From assembly GCA_964468895.1 (NCBI GenBank), contig CAYXWT010000008.1:1-20889 (forward strand): a DNA stretch of 20,889 bases. Direction: 5' to 3'. Source of the DNA: an uncultured archaeon (GTDB lineage Archaea > Iainarchaeota > Iainarchaeia > Iainarchaeales > CSSED10-239). Made by a program: the position numbers and the translations under genes. Under the pieces are notes generated by a model. The model had not been told where the DNA came from and made no database searches. It saw nothing but the letters and a program-made list of their open reading frames with translations. Shown here one piece after another: positions 6,190 to 13,287 of this stretch (its first letter is position 1; every line of letters begins with the position of its first letter).

Positions 6190-8088
6190 TTATCTTAATC
6201 TAATACTTTCTAAATCTTGAATAGAGTTTGTTGCAATATGATATTTTTTACTTAATTGTCTAGCAAAATCAACACAAGAATCTCCATGATTTACAAGTAT
6301 TAATTTTGGCTTTGGATGTAAATTATTAATATAATTAAATAATTCAGATCTATAAGCATGACCACTAAAAGCATCAACAGTTTCAATTTTTAATTTAATT
6401 TCAAGAGTTTTAGTTTTACCATCGCCAACATTCATAGGTATAGACTTTAATCCTCTTTGTACTTTATAACCTAAACTACCTCTACCTTGATAACCTACAA
6501 ATACAAGTAAGTTTTTCTCATCACTTGCAAGTTCTTGGAAATATCTTAAAGAAGCTCCACCTTCAAGCATACCTGAAGAAGCTAATATTACTGATCCTTT
6601 AGTTTTAAGAACATCTTCTCTTTTTATTTTAACATTATCAACAGTATTAAATAATTTTGATAAAAATGGAGAATTATTTTGTAAAACTCTAGTTTTTATA
6701 TTTCTTTTAAGATATTCTGGATAAACTGTATGTATTGCAGAAGCTTGACGAGTCATACCATCTAAAAAAACATGCTCTACATTTAATTTACCTTGTCTTT
6801 TATATTCTTCTAAAGTTAACATTACTTCTTGAGCACGACCTACAGAGAAAACTGGTATTAAACAAGAACCACCTTCTTCAACAGTTTTATTAATAATATC
6901 TATTAATTTTTGTTCAGATTTCATTCTTGATGGCATTTGTGCTTTTCCACCATAAGTACTTTCAAGTATAAGTGTTTCAAGTCTAGGATAATTTATATCC
7001 ATATTATTAAATAATCTAGTAAAACCAAATTTAATATCTCCTGAATAAACTAAATTTTGTTTTCCTTCACCAATATGAAGATGTACTGAAGCTGATCCTA
7101 ATATATGAGCAGCATCATGGAAAGTTAGTCTTATTCCTGGTGCAATATCTGTAACATCTCTATAATTTCTAGTAATACAATGTTTTACAACTTCTTTTAC
7201 ATGTTCTTCAGCATATGGTGCTTCTCTTCCGTTCATTGTATAAACATTTATTAAATCAAATTGCATTAAAGCCATTAAATCTCTAGTTGGCTCAGTACAA
7301 TATACTGGCCCTTTATAACCAGCTTTAAATAAATATGGTAAAAATCCACAATGATCCACATGTGCATGAGTAATAATTACTGCATCTAATTCATCAAGTG
7401 GAAATCTAAGAACTCCAAAATAAGGAAATTCTTCATTTTTATCAGCTACATTTATTCCACAATCTAATAATATTTTAGTATCAGGAGTTTCAAGAAGAAT
7501 ACAACTTCTTCCAACTTCTCTAAATCCACCAAGAGCTGTAACTCTAATCCAGTCTTTTTCACTTAATGGTGGAGAATAAATAGTTTGTGCAACTTGTTTT
7601 AAAAATTGTTTTCGCTCACTTGTATTTTTAAAAATAATACTTCTTACTTTTTTAAGAACTTCTGAATTTTCTGTTGGAGCTCTAATAATTTTAGGAATCC
7701 AACCAATTTGTTTTATAATTTCTTTAGAAACACAACCTTGTTTACCTATAACAACTCCAGGTTTAATTGCTTCAATAACAACTTCACTAAAAGTAGTATC
7801 AAAAAAGATATTTTTTAAATTTGCATCTATAGGTATAATTTCCTTTAATTTTACTAGTGCTTTAGATGGATCCATAAGAATTGATTTATCACTTCTTATA
7901 TTTATCCTTTTTTTTAAATTTTCAGCAAGTTCACTAACTAAATATTTATCTTCAAAAAACAATAAAGGATTATTAGTATAAATTCCAATTTCTGGTCCTT
8001 CAGCCTCAACTTTGGAAATATTTATATTTTTTTTAGATAATACTTGTGAAATATATGTTTTTATTTCTTTAAATTTTTCTAATTCCAT
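6190..8088 (-). CDS. fttA: aCPSF1 / FttA: KH-domain beta-CASP metallo-beta-lactamase ribonuclease (archaeal transcription termination factor)
   Basis: 632 aa. It has N-terminal KH modules (VIGKQGC), the MBL motif HAHVDHCG, beta-CASP region motifs and a terminal ..VNHGD. The length and architecture are canonical for aCPSF1. It is adjacent to psmB, as in other archaea such as Methanocaldococcus. Confidence 0.93.
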   Translation of the reverse strand: MELEKFKEIKTYISQVLSKKNINISKVEAEGPEIGIYTNNPLLFFEDKYLVSELAENLKKRINIRSDKSILMDPSKALVKLKEIIPIDANLKNIFFDTTFSEVVIEAIKPGVVIGKQGCVSKEIIKQIGWIPKIIRAPTENSEVLKKVRSIIFKNTSERKQFLKQVAQTIYSPPLSEKDWIRVTALGGFREVGRSCILLETPDTKILLDCGINVADKNEEFPYFGVLRFPLDELDAVIITHAHVDHCGFLPYLFKAGYKGPVYCTEPTRDLMALMQFDLINVYTMNGREAPYAEEHVKEVVKHCITRNYRDVTDIAPGIRLTFHDAAHILGSASVHLHIGEGKQNLVYSGDIKFGFTRLFNNMDINYPRLETLILESTYGGKAQMPSRMKSEQKLIDIINKTVEEGGSCLIPVFSVGRAQEVMLTLEEYKRQGKLNVEHVFLDGMTRQASAIHTVYPEYLKRNIKTRVLQNNSPFLSKLFNTVDNVKIKREDVLKTKGSVILASSGMLEGGASLRYFQELASDEKNLLVFVGYQGRGSLGYKVQRGLKSIPMNVGDGKTKTLEIKLKIETVDAFSGHAYRSELFNYINNLHPKPKLILVNHGDSCVDFARQLSKKYHIATNSIQDLESIRLR

Positions 8089-8159
8089 TTTTCATCACTT
8101 AACATTAAATATGCTCATTAATTTTTTTTCTAATTTTTTTAAAAATTAAATTTCATTCA

Positions 8160-8193
8160 AAATACAAAACTATTATGACTTTGTTTTGTATTT
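8160..8193 (-). terminator. Oligo-T tract plus 11-bp hairpin downstream of psmB
   Basis: AAATACAAAAC (8160-8170) and GTTTTGTATTT (8183-8193) are perfect inverted repeats with a 12-nt loop. A T7 run on the minus strand (8194-8200) precedes them. The element lies between the psmB stop (8227) and the aCPSF1 start (8088). Confidence 0.45.
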
Positions 8194-8226
8194 AAAAAAA
8201 TAGTAACTAAAATATAATTATTCTAA

Positions 8227-8841
8227 TTAATTATATTTTGCAATAGGCAGTTCTTCTACACCATTATTTCTGATAATAACTATTTTTATACCGTCTCCAC
8301 CAGTATAAATATCTCTTTTTCGTGCAGAAGTAATAGCTTCTTTTGCAAGATTTATAGCATCTTTTTCAGTAAATGTATTTTTATAACCTTTATCTAAAAC
8401 ACTTAATGCAAATTCAGAACCTGAACCAGATATAGTATACTTCTTTTCTGGTATTACTCCACCAGAAATATCTAAACTAAATAAAGCAAGTTCACCTATA
8501 CTTCCTGCAAGTATAAATTGTGTATAAAAAGGCATCATTCTATTTGAATTTAATATGTTTGATAATAAAGTTGCACAGGCCTTACTGTTTATTGGTCTAC
8601 CATGTTCAAGTTCATAAAGATTAGCTTGAACTCTTAAATACCTTACAAGTACTAATGCATCACCAACACTACCAGCAATAGTTACAGCCAAATGATCATT
8701 TATCTTATAAATTTTAGTCATATCTTGAGCTGAAGATATATGACCCATTGTTGCTTGCATATCTGCAGCCAAAACAACACAATCTTTTGCAACAATTCCT
8801 ACTGTTGTTGTACCAGTTTTATATGTATTCAAAATTAACAC
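8227..8841 (-). CDS. psmB: Proteasome subunit beta
   Basis: 204 aa with a ..KTG|TTTVGI.. active-site Thr context and a typical Ntn-hydrolase beta-subunit sequence. The ORF-track GTG start overlaps the GGTG motif (8839-8842). The true start is probably TTG at 8832, which would give a 7-residue propeptide. Confidence 0.93.
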   Translation of the reverse strand: MLILNTYKTGTTTVGIVAKDCVVLAADMQATMGHISSAQDMTKIYKINDHLAVTIAGSVGDALVLVRYLRVQANLYELEHGRPINSKACATLLSNILNSNRMMPFYTQFILAGSIGELALFSLDISGGVIPEKKYTISGSGSEFALSVLDKGYKNTFTEKDAINLAKEAITSARKRDIYTGGDGIKIVIIRNNGVEELPIAKYN

Positions 8842-8866
8842 CTTTTTTTCTTTTTTTTAAAAATTA

Positions 8867-9547
8867 TTATTTAGATTTAGCATATATTTGTGAAAATTTA
8901 ATTTCATCAAAATCACAAACATCTAAAACTAATTGAACAAAAGAATACTTAAAATATTCAATTTCTTTAGGTAATGCTTGAGGTAATACTATTTCAGGAC
9001 ATTTACTATCAAAATTTATTTTTAATTGTTCTTTAGGGATAAAATAAAAATATTTTTCAATTAATGCATTAAATTTAGTATTATTATCTGAATATATTTC
9101 TTTTAATTTGATTGTATATTCTAAATCTTTACCTGCAAAATCGTGGTTAAAGTCAACTTGTACTCTTCCACCAGAAACACTTAATATTTTACCAGCTTTA
9201 TCTTTAAAATTAATATGCATTCCAGCAATAGGCTTTACTTTTTCAGATTTAAATTCTTTTATAGGTACTAATTGTATCTTTTTAGGATCTCTTAAACCAA
9301 AAGCTTGTTCAGATTTAAGTGAAAAGGTTTTTTCTTGACCTTTAGTTAATTCTTTAATATTTTCTTCTACTAAAGGTAATAATTCTCCTTTTCCAAAAAC
9401 TACTTTTAAAGGTTTATAAGAAATTTCAGAATTATAAATATTTCCATTTTTTGCATTTTCTTCAATAGTAGTATCTAATAATTCAGTAGTATTATTATCT
9501 TTAATAATTAAATCAATTTCTATTATATCTTTATTATTTATCATCAT
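8867..9547 (-). CDS. Long-type archaeal FKBP peptidyl-prolyl cis-trans isomerase (SlyD-like with IF insert and C-terminal domain)
   Basis: 226 aa. ..VVFGKGELLPLVEENIKELTKGQEK.. and ..GGRVQVDFNHDFAGKDLEYTIKLKEI.. match the FKBP/SlyD core, and an extra ~80-aa C-terminal domain resembles the 26-29 kDa archaeal FKBPs. Confidence 0.85.
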   Translation of the reverse strand: MMINNKDIIEIDLIIKDNNTTELLDTTIEENAKNGNIYNSEISYKPLKVVFGKGELLPLVEENIKELTKGQEKTFSLKSEQAFGLRDPKKIQLVPIKEFKSEKVKPIAGMHINFKDKAGKILSVSGGRVQVDFNHDFAGKDLEYTIKLKEIYSDNNTKFNALIEKYFYFIPKEQLKINFDSKCPEIVLPQALPKEIEYFKYSFVQLVLDVCDFDEIKFSQIYAKSK

Positions 9548-9838
9548 TCCACCATATTTTTATTTTCAATTTTAAGTCTACAAATATAATTGACAAATGT
9601 AGTTAATATAAGTTTTAGATATTAAATTTATTAAATTAAATATGTATTTCACAAATCATCAAAAATTAATATTTATTTTTTAAAAAATAAGTTTTATAAA
9701 AAAAGTTAACTAATATAATATTTTAAAAACAAAGATATTATAAAGCTTATTATTTGAATAATATCCTATTAAAATGTAGTTAATTTAAAAAATATAATCT
9801 ATATTTAGAATAGATTTTATTTCTTAAAAAAACTATAA

Positions 9839-10321
9839 TTATTCGATTTTTGAATCAAATTCACCAGATTTTAGTTTAGCAGTGAATTCTTTAACAGTTA
9901 CGTTTTCAATATTAACTCCAGCAGATCTACAACTACCAGCCATTTCTAATAATGCTGATTTCATAGTTCTTGCCACTAATTGAGGATATTTAGCTTTTGT
10001 GATTTTTTTAAGTTGATCAAAGCTTAAATTTCCAGAAACTTCTTCATTTACTTTTCCAACAGCTTTCTTTATACCTAATTCTTTTTTAATCAAAGCACTT
10101 GTTTGAGGAGAACCAACTTCAATAGTAAAAGATTTGTCTGAATCTATATTTATTATAACTGGTATTTTCATACCTTCTAAATCTTTGGTTTTTTTATTAA
10201 TTTCTTCAACTACAGCCATTGTATTTATACCCATTGGACCTAAAGCTGGGCCTAATGGAGGACCAGCACTTGCCTTTCCTGCATCAATTAAAACTTTTAT
10301 TGTTTGCATAATCATTAACAC
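9839..10321 (-). CDS. rpl11: 50S ribosomal protein L11
   Basis: The ..KVLIDAGKASAGPPLGPALGPMGIN.. signature is present. The GTG at 10321 lies inside GGTG (10319-10322). The true start is likely ATG 10315 or 10309 (MQTIKV..). A T7 tract follows the stop. Confidence 0.93.
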   Translation of the reverse strand: MLMIMQTIKVLIDAGKASAGPPLGPALGPMGINTMAVVEEINKKTKDLEGMKIPVIINIDSDKSFTIEVGSPQTSALIKKELGIKKAVGKVNEEVSGNLSFDQLKKITKAKYPQLVARTMKSALLEMAGSCRSAGVNIENVTVKEFTAKLKSGEFDSKIE

Positions 10322-10342
10322 CTTTTTCTTTTATTTAAAAAT

Positions 10343-10780
10343 TTAATTTAAAATTTTTATATTTTCTGCTTTTATAGTTATTGGAATTTTAACAGCTGCA
10401 TCAAATAATTCAATTACAACTTCTTCTTTAGAAACATTAACTCTCATAACTTTTGCTCTAGCACCTTTAAAAGGACCTAATATAATTTCAACAGTTTGTC
10501 CTTGTTTAATAGAACTCATAAGTGGTCTAGATTCAAGTATTCCAGTTATTTCTTTAATATTTATTTTACCTTCAACTATTTGTCCACCTTTTATATGGGG
10601 AACATTATGTATTAATAGTTCAGCAGTTTTCTTAGAATCTGTTTCTATTAATATATAGCCTTTTAAATCAGCCATCTCTACTAATGAATAAACTGATAAA
10701 CCATCATGTTGTACTTTATGGTAGAGCATATCTATAATTACTCTTTCTTGTCCAACAGTTGTTCTTACTGTAAAAATCAT
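10343..10780 (-). CDS. spt5: Transcription elongation factor Spt5 (archaeal NusG), NGN + KOW
   Basis: 145 aa. MIFTVRTTVGQER.. forms the NGN domain, and the C-terminal GQTVEIILGPFKGARAKV forms the KOW motif. It lies between secE and rpl11 in the conserved order. Confidence 0.9.
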   Translation of the reverse strand: MIFTVRTTVGQERVIIDMLYHKVQHDGLSVYSLVEMADLKGYILIETDSKKTAELLIHNVPHIKGGQIVEGKINIKEITGILESRPLMSSIKQGQTVEIILGPFKGARAKVMRVNVSKEEVVIELFDAAVKIPITIKAENIKILN

Positions 10781-10953
10781 ACATTGCCACCAATTAAACT
10801 AAATATCAATTTAACTACAAAACCAATAACACCAATAATAACCATTCCTAAACCAATAACTTTAGCCATAGTCCAATATTCATCATTAGTTGGTTTTTTA
10901 GCAATCAAAAATATTCTTTTTGAAGATTTAAAAAATTCACTTAATTTACTCAT
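10777..10953 (-). CDS. secE: Preprotein translocase subunit SecE / Sec61-gamma (not in the supplied ORF track)
   Basis: Hand translation of the minus strand gives MSKLSEFFKSSKRIFLIAKKPTNDEYWTMAKVIGLGMVIIGVIGFVVKLIFSLIGGNV*. This is 58 aa with one C-terminal TM helix. Its TGA overlaps the spt5 ATG (ATGA), and it sits in the conserved position between ftsZ and spt5. Confidence 0.75.
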   Translation of the reverse strand: MSKLSEFFKSSKRIFLIAKKPTNDEYWTMAKVIGLGMVIIGVIGFVVKLIFSLIGGNV

Positions 10954-11002
10954 TTTTTTCCCAATTTATTTTTCCAAAAATTTATTTTATTTTTTATTTA
11001 AA

Positions 11003-12091
11003 TCAAACACTAGCAATATCTAAATCAAGTTGTCCTTTACTATGAAATTCATCTGTATCTTGAAGATAAGGTATTTGAGCACCAACTATTACAGCCATAA
11101 CCTTAATTTTATTTCTAGGAAGATCATCATCAACCATAGCACCCCAAATTATATGAGCATCAGAGTTTATCTTTGAAGCAACAGTTTCTACTATTAATTC
11201 TGCTTCTTTTAAAGTCATATCCTTTCCACCAAGAACATTTACTAAAGCTTTATTAGATGAACTAATATCTACATCTAAAAGTGGTGATGTTAAAGCATTT
11301 TCTACTGCTTCCATAGCTCTAGAATCAGCGCTACTTCGCTCACCATTACTTTCTCCAACACCAATCATAGATAATCCACCTTTAGAAAGTACAGTTCTTA
11401 AATCTGCAAAATCTAAATTCATAATTCCACATTTAGTTACAAGTTCAATAATACCTTTTACTGCTTGAGTTAATATTTTATCAACTTCTTGAAAAGCAAC
11501 TTGAAGTGGTAAATCTGGAGCAATTTCTAAAATTTTATCATTTGGTATAATAATTAAAGTATCAACTTCTTTTTTTAATTTTTCTAGACCTTCTAAAGCA
11601 TTTTCAATTCTAGTTTTTCCTTCAACAGCAAATGGAAGTGTAACTACACCTACACAAAGTAAACCTGCTTCTTTTGCAATTTTTGCAACTACTGGAGCTG
11701 CACCAGTACCAGTACCACCACCAAGACCACAAGTTATAAAAACCATATCTGCATCTTTACAAAGCTTAGAAATTTCAGCTTTAGATTCTTCAGCAGCACC
11801 TTCACCAACTTCTGGATTAGAACCTGCTCCAAGTCCTCTAGTAGTTTTCTTTCCAATTAATATTTTCCTATCAGATCTAATTCTAAGTAATGCTTGTGCA
11901 TCTGTATTTAAAGCAATAGTTTTAGAACCATCAATACCAACTGTATTCATTCTATCTAAACTATTACCTCCAGAACCACCCACACCTATAACATATATTT
12001 CTGGTAGTGAAGAATTTAAAAATTCTTCAAGTGCTTTATTATCATCAATAATTTCTTGCTCTTTACTAACTTCTTTAACCAAAGGTTTCAC
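11003..12091 (-). CDS. ftsZ: Cell division GTPase FtsZ
   Basis: 362 aa with GVGGSGGNS and the tubulin signature GLGGGTGTGAAPVVA. The TGA stop confirms the standard code. The GTG at 12091 lies inside GAGGTG (12089-12094), so TTG at 12082 is a plausible true start. Confidence 0.95.
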   Translation of the reverse strand: MKPLVKEVSKEQEIIDDNKALEEFLNSSLPEIYVIGVGGSGGNSLDRMNTVGIDGSKTIALNTDAQALLRIRSDRKILIGKKTTRGLGAGSNPEVGEGAAEESKAEISKLCKDADMVFITCGLGGGTGTGAAPVVAKIAKEAGLLCVGVVTLPFAVEGKTRIENALEGLEKLKKEVDTLIIIPNDKILEIAPDLPLQVAFQEVDKILTQAVKGIIELVTKCGIMNLDFADLRTVLSKGGLSMIGVGESNGERSSADSRAMEAVENALTSPLLDVDISSSNKALVNVLGGKDMTLKEAELIVETVASKINSDAHIIWGAMVDDDLPRNKIKVMAVIVGAQIPYLQDTDEFHSKGQLDLDIASV

Positions 12092-12361
12092 CTCTAAACA
12101 AATATAAAAATTAATTTTAAAAAAATAGTTTTATAATTTATTTAAAATTTAATGTATATAAAAACTAATTTAATAAATATAAATAATATATACTACTATA
12201 AAATTAAGAAAAGAAAAGTTTAAATACAAATCTATTGCTATATTTAATACTTAAAATTAACAAAATAAATTATATTTAACTAAATATTATATAGAAGTAA
12301 TAGTATTAAAAAACCTATTATTCTAATCTTAATATAATTAAAAATATAAAAGGTAATAATT

Positions 12362-13276
12362 ATGATTTCACTAAACATTAAAAAAATTGCAAAAGATATT
12401 AAAGATATTAAAATACAAGGTGCTAGCAAAATCGAATTAGCAGCTATAAATGTAATTATTGAATATATTAAAAATACAAAATTAGAAAATACAAAATTTA
12501 TTAATGAAACTATAGAAAATATTAATTTTTTAATAAAACAAAGACCAAATGAACCAAAATTAAGAAATTCAATGAATTACATATTAAATAAAGTTCATAA
12601 ATACAAAAATAAAGAAAATAGAACTAAATTAGTTTTAGATATTAAAAATTATGAAAAAAACACTATTATTGCTAATAAAAACATTGCAGATTTAGGATCA
12701 GAATTAATTAGTGAAGGTAGTATTATTGTAACACATTGTCATTCAAATTTAGTAGAACAAGCCTTAATAACAGCCTATAAAAGAGGGGTTATATTTAAAG
12801 TGTATAATTGTGAAACAAGACCTAGATATCAAGGTAGAATCACATCTACTAAATTGATAGAAGCAGGTTTAGATGTAACAATGATTACAGAAGGAGCTGT
12901 AACACATATTCTTAAAAAAGCAGATTTATTTTTAACAGGTGCTGACGTTGTATTTGCAGATGGAAGTATAGTAAATAAGGTTGGTACATATTTAATTAGT
13001 ATTTCTGCACAATATTTTAAAACACCACATATTGTTTTAACTTCAACACATTGTTGTGAATCTAATTTAATTCTAAATTTATCAGAAACTATTGAACAAA
13101 GAGATGGTTCTGAAATATGGAGTAGTAGCGAAGGTAAACCTGATAAATTAAAAATAGAAAACCCTGCTTTTGATGTAATACCTAATGAATTAATAGATAA
13201 ATTTATTACTGAAGAAGGAATATTTTCTGCAGAAACACTTTATTTATGGGTTAATCAAAATATTTTAAAAAAATAA
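12362..13276 (+). CDS. eIF-2B alpha/beta/delta-family protein, ribose-1,5-bisphosphate isomerase-like
   Basis: 304 aa. ..VTHCHSNLV.., ..CETRPRYQGR.. and ..LTGADVVFADGSIVNKVGTY.. match the IF-2B family. The THCHS Cys and the GAD Asp correspond to what I recall as catalytic residues of the Thermococcus R15P isomerase. Confidence 0.75.
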   Translation: MISLNIKKIAKDIKDIKIQGASKIELAAINVIIEYIKNTKLENTKFINETIENINFLIKQRPNEPKLRNSMNYILNKVHKYKNKENRTKLVLDIKNYEKNTIIANKNIADLGSELISEGSIIVTHCHSNLVEQALITAYKRGVIFKVYNCETRPRYQGRITSTKLIEAGLDVTMITEGAVTHILKKADLFLTGADVVFADGSIVNKVGTYLISISAQYFKTPHIVLTSTHCCESNLILNLSETIEQRDGSEIWSSSEGKPDKLKIENPAFDVIPNELIDKFITEEGIFSAETLYLWVNQNILKK

Positions 13277-13287
13277 ATCAAATATTT

